NCBI GenBank assembly: GCA_003427395.1
Contig: BFEA01000011.1
Span: 6,973,188-7,023,737 of the forward strand
DNA: 50,550 nt
Reading direction: 5' to 3'
DNA from: Chara braunii
Lineage: Eukaryota; Plantae; Charophyceae
The translations under genes were made by a program, and so were the position numbers. The first letter of the stretch is position 1, and each line of letters opens with the position of its first letter. Shown here one piece after another: positions 12,170 to 25,475 of the stretch. A model generated the notes under the pieces. The model ran no database searches and was not told the origin of the DNA. It saw only the letters and a list, made by a program, of their open reading frames with translations.

Positions 12170-12807
12170 ATCGGATCGAAGGCGGGGAAGATGAGGGAGA
12201 TGACAAAGGAGATGGTGAAAACGGTCCAGGGACGTGCCAAAATGGGCAACACGACTACATGCCGGATTGTTGGAGGCTTATAACACATTGGTCCCCGATG
12301 TCCGGGGAGGGCACCTGGATTACCACTATCATAAACTATGACGGGGAAGATGGGGCCAAGTTGAAGATCAACGTGGAGGGGCCGAGAGAGGAGGAGATGA
12401 GAAAGGACCCGAAACTATAGGCTGACGTAAAGGAGGCAAAGAACAGAGCAAAAAGAAGATGCCGAAGAGATGGGTTTATTGCCGAGGTCCAAGTGACAAT
12501 TGCGTACCATGAGGTTGAGACCTCTACTGGTACCACAAAGCAAGAGCAGCAACACCTGGACCGAGACTTAGAGGGTGAGCGCGAGATCAGTGCAGCAGAG
12601 ACCCTGTCCTCACACGGAGTGGACCAATGGCGTCGGGACCATCCGCCTGCTAAGCCTATGGAAAGCGATTTAGAGGCTAACTCGTGGCAACGGAAGGATG
12701 AGGACTGCCAGGCTGCCAGACACAGAGGTAAATCACGATCAGGGAGAGAGACCAGGTACTCGGGAAATGAAAAACGTCACTTCCTAGGGACTTCAGTCGT
12801 GTACTAA
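12170..12807 (+). pseudogene. Decayed charged/acidic ORF of unknown (probably TE) origin
   Basis: ORFs 12088-12420 and 12493-12807 are in the same frame and separated by a single TAG (12418). No recognisable domain. Confidence 0.35.
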
Positions 12808-13499
12808 AGGGAGACAAACAGTGAACGCGCTAGTGGATTATCTCCGAAAGGAACAGGCATGTTTGAACTGTTGTCGTCAGTTTGCTTTCCGCGTGGAAAA
12901 GTCGATGTGAGAGGGAGACAACAAGAGGTTAACTCACGATCACAGGGGTAGTGAGCGAGAAGCAGGTAGTTACGGGGGCGCTGAAGAAGAGTGAGAAAGA
13001 GAAAAAAAGACATTTCGCACGATCTCTTTTGTTGTTGACATCAACCCAAGACAAGTGACGCACTGACTTCACGTATGTGGTAACGAGGGCTGAATGAGAG
13101 AGTCAGTAAGTAACGGAAAGCAAGGGCGCCAGACCCAAGCTGGGGGGTTGGCGACTCATGAGCATGGTTTGGAGTTAAGCTTGCAGTAGTGACAGGACTG
13201 AGATCGCGGGACGATCACTGTATAATCGAGCATCATGGTTAGAAAGTGAGGATAGGCAGAAGCAAAGTAAAAAATAGAGCGTGTGTCAAGACTTTAAGTG
13301 AGAATCCCGCAAGCTAGAGTGCGCTCATTGTCAAACGTTCCGGGTGGGCTAGCTATTGAAAACGAGTCACGAGAGGGACAATTGAGACACGCGAGTTTGT
13401 ACTGCTAAGTCACCCCGTTCACTCACGAGGGCAACCTATGATGAGGCCCATGGGGACGAATTGAAACGGTACGTTAAGTAATAATATTGGACATTTCCT

Positions 13500-15365
13500 G
13501 GAGAGACTAACGTCGATTGAAGTGCTTTATGCACGGATCCTCATTGGAAATGTTGCTAGCTTTTGTATATAGTCCGCTCTCATCTTTCTATTGTTGGAGA
13601 GAGGAAGAGAAGCATAGCACTGATAAGTGTGGCTACAACCAGGTGACGTGCAAGAACTCTGGAAGATGGACAAACTTGAGCTCACTGTTGACAGTACCTT
13701 GATTTGATTTTCTAGTTATTTTCTTGTACTTCCCATATTCAGAGATTCGCCAACTGTAGCATGATGCTATTCGCGACTCCTGGCTCGAGGACGGGCAAGT
13801 CATAACACTAGTATGACACTAGCGATTATTGTCTAGCATGCATGAAAATAACATACATTGAACTTAACATTTTTCCCATCGGTAAACTGTTTTCCTCAAT
13901 AGTTTCTCGCTTTCAGCGCACTGTTACGAATGGACGGTATTGTATTGAAAATTGTCATAGTATGGTTGTGGGCGAAGAAACAAGAACCATTGGGTTTATG
14001 ATACTAGGGATATAGATTGGGGAAACTAATCTTGTTGATTGGAAAAAAATGAGATCGACAGGATTGTTGACGCCACTTGTTATTATGTGTGATTGAACAA
14101 CTCTCTTGTTGCTGCAGCAGGAACGTATGTGCCACGGAGAACTCACTTGAGTGAAGAAAGACTTGTGTATCTCTCTCATATTTCTGCCATTGCATTATTC
14201 CCATAACAGTGAGAAAGAAGAGAGGGATAGTAGTACAGAGAGTGTTGTTAGCCTTGTGACACAACTTTTCGAGGGTAATCAAAGCTTTTGCGATAACTCA
14301 TGTCATCATTTATGTTTCTCTTGTTAATATGATTCCGAATTGGCCGACGATCAACTGAAGTCAATCTCTATATTATATAAGAGAGTGCACGAACTATGAC
14401 CAACGCCGACACGTGAGTGGATACTTTGTATCTGGTTAGACGAACACTACGTGCTTCCAAGTGAACGACTATAGTTACCTTATAAGTACATGTCACTTAT
14501 TGAAGTAATGTGGATCGACTATGTCACTTACCTTCCAAGTGAACGACTATAGCAGCTAATCACGTGAGAGATACCCATGATCGAGCAAACCAGATAAGGA
14601 AAACCTACTCTCCTCTTTTTCCTCATTCGATTATTCTAACTCGTTTGCCAACCTTATAATTTCAGTTTCATGAGTATTTGTGTCATGGATCTCCCTCAGA
14701 AAAGTGACCCATAAGTTCAACCGCCAAGAGAAGTGATTTATTTGTTTTGCTTGCTCATCGTGCTTTAAGTCCACCAACAGCGACACATGTTCAACTAAAA
14801 TCTGTAATTAAGGTGTATTATCTGATGGGCAAGAAACTGCTCATTCTGACGAATGTTGTTTATCTGTTGGTCAAGTTCCTGTTCGACAGGGATTAGTTGC
14901 AAGAGGTTGTGACGATAATGATTCGATCACAGTTTAGTCCCTAAACTTCACTCATTTCTTCTTCCTCGTAATATCTCAAGGGTTGACTTGAGCAGGGAAT
15001 GATAAGTGTAGGAATTGATGTTACTGACCATTCTAAGTGTTTAAAGTCTTCGATGCAAAATGACGCACCTAGCATTAGTGCCTGATTAGTCGTGCTTGTT
15101 GTGTCTAGTGCTTGAGCGAGGTCCACACTATATCTTGCTACATGTTGCGCCTGTGTATTGTATAAGTAAGGGTCACTTCTGGTTATCCATGGGGAATATA
15201 TTAAAGAGGGTTGATCACTTACTAGTAACGAAAGAATGATGTTCACATGTTGTTGTATCCAGAGTGATATAAAAGGACACTATAATTTCCTTTCTGATCA
15301 ACGATGGAGAAACGACTATCATGAGAAGCATGTTGTGCACGTTTCAGGCGAGTTGGGAGGGGAAA
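13500..15365 (+). mobile_element. Possible heavily decayed retroelement internal region
   Basis: Stop-riddled protein-like translation (e.g. MVVGEETRTIGFMILGI*IG, weakly protease-like) ending at the purine tract agttgggaggggaaaaa (about 15351-15367). No diagnostic motif. Confidence 0.25.
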
Positions 15366-17765
15366 AATGAAATCCTTAGATGTCGTGTTCTCACAAAAAA
15401 ATTAAGTCAGCTATAAGACAACACAATTAAACGCTCCCTGCTCTTTGCAATGATTAAGCAGAGGGGAAGATTCTCAGCAGAAGCGTTTCCTCTGATTGTC
15501 AGTCAAAACTCAAAGTTCACATTATCCGTCAAATATTACCGAGATTCTAACTATGATGACCCTGGGCATTGCCTAAGTGAAGGATGTATTTAACAACTCA
15601 TAAAAAATGAGTTGAGCACATGTGCTCATTAACATTATTATTTTGCTCCCTGTAATAACTCTGGACTGTATTGTACATGGGCGGCGGGGTAACTTGTCGG
15701 TATTTGAGGTAGTATGCAGTCAAGGACTTTGCTTTGGATGACCATATGAATACTCTCTTAGGAATGTAGCCGAGGTTCAAAGTTATCTCATTCAAATTGT
15801 GTTTCTTTTTTTAGTTTAATCTCGTTACACATGAGTACGTTTCAGTCCTATACTCATAACGGTTATATAACCAGGGCACTGTGTCTGGGGCATATCCCTT
15901 ACTGAATGTGGGTGCAACTCTGTGCGTAGGGTAGTCATAATGAGCAGGAGTGCGGTCTCTGTACTCAGGTGCATCTTGCGTTGTCGGAGGGTCCGACATT
16001 CAGACCCTCCGCAGTGTGTCAATTGGTCACACCGGTTTGATGTTATGGCCTATGGGGAAAAGGGTATACTATTACCGTGATATGAGGGAACCGCAGTCTA
16101 GTCTGATTTGCTTGACGGCACGGGGCTGCGCTGTGGGACAAAGGAGAATTTAGTGCACACCGTGGTTAACCATGTTATATGGTTGAGGAGTCGTGTCAAA
16201 TTCCCAACGTGTGCTAATTGTAATTTACATTATTTTATTTTATTTTTATTTATTTTTATTCTGCTTCATCAAGCTATTTAGCTCTGACCATTCCGTGGTC
16301 AGTTCTACTGAGAAGCTACCGCTGATTTTTTTGTGCAAGGGGCTCGTTTAGCCTTGACAATAAACATAAAATAAAATAAAAATACTAATAAAAGAAGTCA
16401 GTCTAAGTGGTGAAGGTACTCACATTGACGAGGCTTGGATTGAGACCAGTGAGTGTCGTCGGCCCGAGATTTGTGCTACTGGGTCTGAAAACCAACTTTA
16501 TCAGTAAGACCATCTGACCTGGAAATTAGCGCCAAAGGTAGTACCGTCGGGCTTGGGCTACCGTCGGGCTTGGGCTACCTAGTCAGTACCTTCCACATTC
16601 CTACCGATGCGTACCTGCGTGCTCTGCTGCCAAATGTCGAAGGACACAACGACCAGCAGTCGGCCTAAAAAACGACCACTTGGCCGTTACAAGGAGGACT
16701 AGGGTTTGACTTTTAATCTCAGTTCTTTACACACGCTCAGGGCGAACAGAGAGGACTAGTTGTCGGGAGGCCAAGGGCACATGCTGCTGTGCCGCTTGTC
16801 AACCCGCGGAATTGCAACTTGGCAGTTAGCTTACCCTAAGGCTTTGACTTGCGACATTCAACTATTTTGATGTACGTGGAGACGAGAGAGAAGACCGTGG
16901 AAAATCTGTTGTGGCGGGCCATCACATGTGGCAGCTAAGTTCCAGCGGTGGGAATGTGATGATATACCCAACTTTTCTTGCTAAGCATGATTATTAAGCA
17001 GTCTTACGATTGAACCCGCAATAGAGCTGACTCGGACTTTTTTTTGGCAAGCCCAAGCGGGACTGAGAGCAGTGAATGTCGTTCATCATCGTTAACATCA
17101 TTTTTCTCTAACTCAAATGGAAGCGACTGTTGGGTGTGGCTTGTTGTCGTCATCATAGATGGCATACCCCTTTTCAATTTAATGAGGCGAGTTGGTCAGA
17201 CTAAGTGTGCCGCTAGCCACTTTTCTTGTTGATATTGGAGAGAAGATAAATGTATGCAGTCTACGTGGAGGAACGTTTGCTTTTTTGCCCCCAGCATACG
17301 GGCCAGGTAAGAAGCCTGGTCACATTCATGCGCGGGGAAGGCCGTAGCGCAGACAGTGTACTTGAGGGGCAATGAAAAAAAAAGTGCAACATCAGGTGGG
17401 GGAATACCACCAGGGGTGAAGTATCACTCATCTTGCTGCTGCTGCTCACAGGATATCACAACTGGTCAGGCAGTCATCCTAATAGCGCAATCAACCCTTC
17501 ACCAGTGACAATTAATTAGTTGTGTTATCGTTGGGATTACAAAGTCATAAGGATTGGATGATCGGATATTGAAGGTTGGTTTAAAACTTATTAGATGCGT
17601 TGTTCCTACGCAAGGTAAGCCCTCTTAGTCATCAAAGAACAAACAGGATTCATGCAAGTATGTATATGTATATCTCTTCCTGATCAGTGGCGGCTACAGA
17701 GAAATCAGAAATTCTTGATCATGACATGAAGCCACAAATAACGAACTTGTTGCTTATGCCTTGTC

Positions 17766-17769
<4 letters not shown>

Positions 17770-17838
<69 letters not shown>
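17770..17838. repeat. (GA)n microsatellite adjoining an assembly gap
   Basis: Visible. Similar runs at 43164-43216, 43401-43457, 45530-45601, and (TG)n at 47326-47382. Confidence 0.95.
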
Positions 17839-18889
17839 NNNNNNNNNNNNNNNNNNNNNNNNNNNNNNNNNNNNNNNNNNNNNNNNNNNNNNNNNNNNNN
17901 NNNNNNNNNNNNNNNNNNGGGGGGGGGGGGGGGGAGAAGATAGGAACTTACCTCACAGAGAAGGAGTTGAGGAAATTGGGGTGGGAATCCTCGCGTTAGA
18001 ATCTGATACCATGATGTACTAATTTTATCACAACTTTTGATTAGAGCTATATTTTAAAGATCGGTTTCCGCACGAATAAAGAAGACTTAAAAACGTAAAG
18101 ATTGATTATTGCGATTTTGATTTTGACAACATTAAAGTATCATTAGGGTATATCACGCGACCACCAATTTAGCCTGTGGACATTTTGCATGGTTCTCTGT
18201 GACACGTGACAGCAAGCAATGATACTGGGGTGCACCTAGCCTTTGCTTTAGGTTGGATGTTTTCTTTTGTTTGTTCCTGGATGTGGAGAAGAAGGCAGCA
18301 AATCTGAGGCTATGACAGATAGCCTTGTCGATGTTTCATCGACTCATCAAGACGCTGAGCCCTCTGCAGTCTGCAGAGCTACTCATTGTCTTTCCAAACA
18401 AACTGCATCTACGGACTTATATTATTATTGTTATTATTATTTTGGTGTGTTTCAGTTGGTTGAGAATAAGCCAATGACGCTGCCATAGCAAGGAGGGAAC
18501 TCATCATGTCTTGACAAATAGGCCGAACCAGCAGTCAGCTTTGCTGCCCAATCGGGCTAGTTAGGATACTTTAGAAGTGACCCGATTGGTTAGTACTTGA
18601 TTCTGATCTAAGCAGAGAGGGCTAAGGGTACGTTGATGTTCGACCTCTTTGCTCGGTTTGATCATTTTGAAGTAATGGATATTGAGTAATCTCTTAGTGG
18701 TGACGTACCACACGATTATGATCCAAGCGGTGCGAGCAGGTGGCCCTAAACGCGGGTCGTACCAGTTATCACTCGCGTCACTACTAATGCTGGTAGCAAT
18801 GCATTGAACACTCAATTATCAAGAAATTGCCTGCTGCAGTCCTCGAGTTAATCTAGTGGTCAAGGATTGATTGCTTGCGTGTTTGACAT

Positions 18890-19300
18890 TAATTAGCCCT
18901 AAGTGCAGGGCATGCTACTGCCCACTTGTGATTTATTTTATTTTATTAGATTATTGACCAGCCTGTGATTGGTTGATCATACATGTTGCGGGCAGCGGTG
19001 CCCAGGCCTAAGTGAAGGTCACGTGTTGTTCACCGCTGCCACGCTCAATGAAAGTGATTTACTTTATTTTATTTTATTCTATTTTGTGATCAACTTCTGA
19101 TAGGCTGATCACACCCACGCTGTGGGCAACGGTCCCCATACCCTAAATGAGGGCCATGTGGGAGCAAAGTGCCGTTAATGCAAGAGAGGACATTGAGTTC
19201 ACTTTATTTATTTATTTATTTATTTGACTATGTGATCAGCCATTGTCTGGCTAATCATTTCTCAACTGGCAACAACGCACTTATAATAGGTGAGGACCCC
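18890..19300 (+). repeat. ~130-145-bp tandem repeat (3 units), each with a 9-7-9 palindrome
   Basis: Each unit has a cctaagtg(a/c)agg-like motif, a TTTTA tract, then tgatcagcc-N7-ggctgatca variants at 18955, 19087 and 19233. Confidence 0.8.
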
Positions 19301-19374
19301 GTGCAGTAATTGAATAGGAGTAGTATTCTACATGTCCCTGTGTTCTATTTGAACATGGGTAATGCAGAAGTCCA

Positions 19375-19630
19375 GAATTGCACCCCTGAGTTGTATACGA
19401 ACAGAGGCAACAAATAATTGTACCCCCATGGTACAATCAAGCAAAACGACACTAAAACTATATTGATGTTAGTATTTGAGCAGGGGCAACGTGGAGCTGC
19501 ACCCTGTGCTGCACCTAATGTTTTAATTGAACAAGAGGTGAGCAAGCCGCATCCTTGTGCAGTAAGTAACCAGGGAGCATGCAAGTTGCACCCCTGTGCA
19601 GAATATGAGCTGCCGAAATACTGCCCCACT
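19375..19630. repeat. Cluster of TGCACCCCTG-like subrepeats
   Basis: aattgcacccctg, aattgtaccccca, gctgcaccctgtgc, gttgcacccctgtgc, plus inverted caggggcaac. Resembles DNA-transposon subterminal repeats. Confidence 0.55.
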
Positions 19631-20144
19631 AAGCAATATTTGAACTGCTGGTCTATAGCACACGAAAGATAAGGGATTTTGCAGTGCATCTTTCCGAGTC
19701 TTAGCGGAAGATCCATCCTCATCAAGCCAGAGATAGAGAGGTAGCGCGTGTACATGAGAGGGATGTGCGTTGGTGAGTGCACTCAGCATATATGGGGAAA
19801 CACAATGGATGCACTAGTGCAGATAAGCATAGAAGGGAGTTTGAGTCGATTGGAAATAAGAAGGATACAAATAATAACAATAATAAGAATGAGAATAAAC
19901 ATAAAAAGAGAAAGGAAAAAAATAGAAAAAAAAAAAAGATTGATGGGCGTGATGGATGAGAGATCACGAAGTCAGGGAGGACCAAGTTGGTCAGTCTCAT
20001 GATTCTTTTCACCATGAGATGAAAAAAATTTTGAAACTACCATTGTAAATTTGCAAATTCCATAAATGTCATTGAACTATCGAAATTCTAAATACCCCTC
20101 TATGGCTTTGAAAGTACATCAGCGCTCTGTGCTGCTGCCAATTA

Positions 20145-20580
20145 GCGCGGTGACAACACACTGTGTGGGCACACAATGGCGTGCTAGACTGACATTACTT
20201 AGAACAGTGGCAGTATACTATGTGAAAACGTCCTCGCAAGTTGCTGCAGTGACACTATGCTATGTGAAGTTGTTTACCAGAGGCAGAACACTATGTAGAC
20301 ACATGGCATGAGCACATGACCATCATGCTAAGCTGATCCTGTATGGGTCGGCTACAACATACCACGCGAAGACATTAGGGGCAGGTTGAGTGAAAAACGA
20401 TATTTGAATATAACAGTTGTGTGCTAGACTAATCTTACATGACGCAGTGACAGTACAGTGTGTGAGGACTTTAGCACAGTGGCAGTATCCTGTGTGAGAG
20501 AAGCAGTGGGCTGTGCTTGCAAGCTCAGGAAAGTTGAACAAATTAGTGCTACGCGACAACAACAGTTGCATGTGGGACAC
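20145..20580 (+). repeat. Degenerate ~35-55-bp tandem repeat (GTGRCAGTAYRCTRTGTG)
   Basis: gtgacaacacactgtgtg, gtggcagtatactatgtg, gtgacactatgctatgtg, gtgacagtacagtgtgtg, gtggcagtatcctgtgtg. Confidence 0.7.
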
Positions 20581-20699
20581 TGAGCTATTATCGTTTCAAC
20601 AAACAGTGTTTGACTCTGAGGTTAAGCCTAATGTTTTTTTCCAACTACGATGTGACTCTAGCTCAACATATCCTGTCTAAAAGGTCTGCTGGGCCACTC

Positions 20700-22410
20700 C
20701 CAACAGACTGTACATGTGGAATCAGAGATCTAACCGAGAAGACTTGAACTACACAAGGTAAATAAACTAAAGATATGCGGACGGAACAAACCCCATGCAG
20801 CCCAGTAGACTCTCAAAGAGACCTTGAGCAGATTCAACCAAGAAGGAAAGGAATCAGGGGGAGGACTTCAGTGAATATAGAAAATTATTACTAGAACTCA
20901 GTAAACGGTTAAGGAGAAGGAGACTTTGACGAGCAGGACTGTGTTTCACAGCAAACGGCATGCTTAAAGTTGAGTTTAAAGTAAACGGCAGACTCAGGAT
21001 CGAGACAACAACAGCAACGACCTCTGATATAGGGAACTGTAGTCTCAGCAAGTCGCATGCGAAGACTCATCAGAGCTCGAAAACCAATATCTCATGGACT
21101 CAGACCAGCGACAGGGGAACTCAGACCTTGTGGCTCGGGCCAAGGAGGATTCTCAGTCACAACAGATCCCACACTAAATCTCAGTTGCAAAAATCTCAAC
21201 AAACTTCAGTGACAGAGGACTGTCGTCGCCACATCGTTTCAACCCATGTTGGAATACACTCTGATGTCACAGAGCTAACTCTCACAGAATGGATGTTCCA
21301 CACCTACGGTTCAGTGAATCCGGCTTGTCCCTGTAAGCTCACACAAGTCTCAGTAAACTTGAATCATCGTTAGTGAGTTTAGTCTCTTACCAGCAGTCTC
21401 ATCTCAGCACCAATGGGTCCTGTTCGGTTTCATGAAGTTTGGTTCAGACTTGGTGATAGCATCTCATCTCTTATAGTTCAATTCCGTTTTAGTTTTAGAA
21501 TCTAAGTGTGACTCTCAGAATGGAGTGCAACTTAGTGTAAAACCAGACCTCAGTGTTGTTTTATCAATAATCTCAGTTCAAATGAAGCGCAACTCGGCCT
21601 ACAAGACTCAGTAAAACTCAGTCACGGTTTTAGCCACATAGTTTCAGTGAGTCTGGGATGCAATTCTCATACCAAATTCGGTCAGTCTTGTCAACAATTT
21701 TTTTTTTAAGTTTCAACAAGGTCTTCAATACGAGTCTCAGCAAGTTCTCGGATTGACTTCTGTGAACTCAGTCTAAGCAAGTTAAGTGCGACATTGGTGA
21801 ACTCAGGTCAGTTTCAACATGATCGGTTCAGTTTTTGTAAATTTAATCTGAATCAATGAACTTTGATCAGTTGCAGTGAATTCACTGCAAATTTAGACAT
21901 CTCATATCAATTTCAGCAAGTGTAGTTCAGAGACAGTGAAGGCGGTCTAGTTTCGGCGAGTCCAGTCTCAATTTTCAGTGCAAGCTCAATTCAGTTCTCT
22001 TCAGATCTGAGTGCGATTTGCAGAGTATACTCAATTCAATCCCTAGATCAGACCCAAGTACTGTTTTTTAAGTAAGTTTCAGTTCAATCCCCAGTGCAGT
22101 ATCAGCGGGTTCATCTCAGTTTCATTGAGCTCGGTCTGATGGACTTAATCTCTACAAGTTCAATTCAGTTTCAGTAAGGTCAGTGAAAACAGTTTTATCT
22201 CTCTAGTCCAATTCAGTTTTCAGTAAGTTCACTTCAGACTCAGCGAATTCAACTTCACCTCAGCGATTTCACTCCAGCTTTGATTTCATTCAGTTCTCAG
22301 TTCAGTCTCAGTGACCCTGATCTCAGTGAGTTCAATTTTCAGTTTCAGTGAGTCCAGACTCAGTGGACTCAATCAATGGTCTCAGCTTACTCTCAGTCGG
22401 TTCCGTTATC
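20700..22410 (+). repeat. YTCAG-rich cryptic simple-sequence tract
   Basis: Very high density of ctcag/ttcag/ttcaa pentamers on the + strand, increasing towards 22400. Confidence 0.8.
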
Positions 22411-22424
22411 AGGGAACATAATGT

Positions 22425-22625
22425 TGGCCATAGCGGGAGGTCCCGGTGGTAGCAGCGACACCGCTGGTCATAACAGACAGTTCCGATAATAGCAGCGATA
22501 ATGATAGCCACAGTGGGAGGTCCCGGTGGTAGCAGCAACGACATTGGTCACAACAAGCAATCTCGATGACAGCAGCAATAGTGTTGGTCATAACGGACTC
22601 TCCTGGTGAAAGCAAGGACAACACA
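22425..22625 (+). repeat. 40-bp tandem repeat (5 units) with 80-bp alternation
   Basis: Units start tggtca(t/c)aac or variants. Units 1 and 3 share gggaggtcccggtggtagcagc. Confidence 0.85.
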
Positions 22626-22849
22626 GTGAGTGTCATCAGTATCCAGTAAGACTGATCATGTGACAAGTAAGTAGTCTCAAGATAAGTAATATTTGAGGAC
22701 AATTGACTTAAGAGAGAATCTTATTGAGCATAACAGATATCTCGAGCATAGCACATTCATGACTTGAGCACAGTCATCAAATATAAGCCGCAACAGACCT
22801 TCTCACAAATACATGCCAACACCATGTGGAATCGCTCAATGATCATTGG

Positions 22850-23368
22850 ACGACATACTAACCATTGTCTTACATTTGAGTATGATATGATCTTCAGAGA
22901 GGAGAGAGAGAGTTGACTACAGTGACAATGGTTCTATGATTTGTCTGTTCATTTGTGACCTTTATGCGATAAAAAACTTTCCTTTTCTCTCACATGATCA
23001 CCGATCTTGTCTTTGCCTTGAGTCAACCAGTCTTGGTTCGACCTGTTTGGTATTGCTTGATAATAATGTTTCTTTGTAGATTTTACCACAGTTATCAAAA
23101 TCCTAAGTTGGCAAACTTGATACGTGCATGGCATATTTAATTTTAATTTTATTATTTGCATAATATTTGTTGTTCCGAATCAAAATGAAAGATTCCTAAG
23201 ACCGGGGACCGGCGAAGACCGTAATTGAAGGGTCTCGCTCGAAGTCGAACACATACAACAGCAAGGGATTTGCTTTAATTTATTTATTGCAAAAATCATA
23301 AAAATCCTGCGTGACAGCCTGTTGGCTTTCTGGTCGTCCGAAGTGGCCCGACTGGAAAAAGTGCGACA
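22850..23368 (+). repeat. Direct repeat, copy 1 (pairs with about 25320-25818)
   Basis: tgttgttccgaatcaaaat(g/a)aaagattcctaagaccg...aattgaagggtctc(g/a)ctcgaag...tgcgaca is in both copies. Weaker similarity extends ~300 bp upstream. Confidence 0.85.
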
Positions 23369-23823
23369 GCGTTCATACTTATGAGACTGGGATCTGAACA
23401 GTTTTTTGGTCCCAAATCGCTACCTCATAGTACGGGTTGATTTCTAATGACTAACCGCTAGGCTGTACGTCACAGATTTTTAGGGTCTCAACACCCAGGG
23501 TGCGGGTGATGTTCAGAGTACTCATATATGGGATCTTGAGTTGAGCACATAGTTCTCTGATGCTACCATGGGACATAAGAGTCAGCCTAATACTAAAGGT
23601 CTTCCAGGAAACATTTATTAAACGAGGTCCTTATATGGATTACGCCCGGTTTTAGATTGTTATTCCTGAAAGGTTGACACAGGTCATACGTGAGCTGTTA
23701 TGTTAGAGGTTGTGGCCTGCCTGGAATTAATCGTCTGATTGAGGAATATGATAACATGACCCCGCTGAGAGGATCACAACAGTGACAGTGAGTGATTAGT
23801 ATACCAACCTAGTCCAGAAAATT

Positions 23824-24930
23824 TTGAAGCTTTCTGTCGCAGTAAAACAAAACAGTATCTCCTTCATATTTCACCTTATGATAAGCGATAATATCATAGC
23901 GGTATCTAATATCCTCTATCGAGATGGAACAAAAGATTGGGAGGATAAAGTACTTGGGAAAATCGAAGACTACAAGAAAATATTGAGGGAAAGTGTTATC
24001 GAGAGGGCGGGAAGTTATTACGAGTCCATTGAGTACACTTTCTACACATACGAGTTAAATGAAAAATTACACAACACGGTATCATCACTTGAAAATGTGC
24101 ACCACAAGGCCAAAGAGGTAGCCCATGCTCGATGAGCATAACTAAGTGAAGTACATTTCCTGACCCTCGTAAAGACTCATTTCGAGCAAAGTGCATTTGT
24201 CGATGTCACGAATAATGAGTTTCATCTCGCCCTTTCGCAACCAATATCATTTATGAGCATCGAAGCTTGGAGAAGTATTCTTCAATCCGTTCATAAAAGT
24301 CCTGGGGGTCAGTTCATGCACTCGTTCTGGCTATTGGGCAACTCTCCCGCGTGCACATTTTTGCACCATCAGATCATAAGTCATCAATCAAAATCATTAA
24401 TTATTCTTCTGTTATCGGATTGACATCAATCGGTGACCCTGTACTCCGGTCAATCTCTACGCTCATCAAGATACATGAATGTAGTCCAATCATCTCTCGT
24501 CAATGAGTCAGTTTTTGCCGATCTCAACAGAATAGCCCTCATAAATGTCATTCGGTATCAATATGTCTGTTTCAGTCGGTTTCATATAGGATGATTTGTC
24601 CATCTTTGTTGTTCTCACCAGTTTTACGGCAAATACTATTCATGACATGAGACTATATGTGAAGAAAGACAAGGAAACTCATGCGTTTTTTTACTCGGTC
24701 TGGATCTCAGCGGTAAAATACCTTGAGGAGAAAGAAAAAGAGCTTGATGAGACTGTTACCATGCTAGTCCGTAGCTTTGGACGCAAACTCTATTCTGACT
24801 ACTCCAGACCTCCAGTTCATTTCCTTCTTACGGTTGGTTCTTGCTAGGGTGTTTTAGCCGAGAGGTACATCTCTATAGCGATGATTGATTATGAGGCAGT
24901 GACCGAGTCATCGGAGTTTAAGTATCTCAT
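23824..24930 (+). pseudogene. Decayed, frameshifted ORF; probable distant member of the mini-rDNA family (copy 4)
   Basis: ORFs 23824-24135 and 24596-24847. Ordered weak anchors: gcaaagtgcatttgtcgatgtc (24186, 18S-like), tgaagaaagacaaggaaa (24660, 5.8S-like), gatctcagcggtaaaatacc and gaggagaaagaaa (24703-24737, LSU start-like), gagaggt (24860). Confidence 0.4.
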
Positions 24931-25004
24931 ATGAGGAATTTTCTCTCAGTCATACCTTCCTACTTTATTGGAGGAGTTTTATGTTATGGTTGACTTCCAT
25001 ATCA

Positions 25005-25475
25005 TGGGTCTTGGATAAAAGTGTTCAGAGCTTGCAGGCTTTAGGTGGCTCTACATCCCCAGACCACAGTCTCAGGGGGTACGTGGACATGCCTCAAGGC
25101 ACAAGAGACGCATAGCCAAGTGAATAAAGATGATACCCTAGAGGGATGAGTGAGGACTCTTGATGAGTGTTAGCCATGGTTGTTCATCTGTACTCTCGGA
25201 GAGTATTATGAGTTCTCACTTTTCCCTCACTTATTTTGCCTATGTCTTCAGTCAGTGGGTCTTGGATAGAAGTGTTCAGAGCTTGCAGGCTTTAAGTGTA
25301 CGTGGACATGCCTCAAGGCACAAGAGATGCATAGCCAAGTGAATAAAGATGATACCCTAGAGGGATGAGTGAGGACTCCTGATGAGTGTTAGCCATGGTT
25401 GTTCATCTGTACTCTCGGAGATTATTATGAGTTCTCACTTTTCACTCACTTATTTTGCCTATGTCTTGAGTCAGT
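25005..25475 (+). repeat. Recent ~250/220-bp tandem duplication
   Basis: tgggtcttggata..agtgttcagagcttgcaggcttta...cctatgtctt.agtcag occurs twice; the second copy lacks ~30 bp. Confidence 0.92.
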
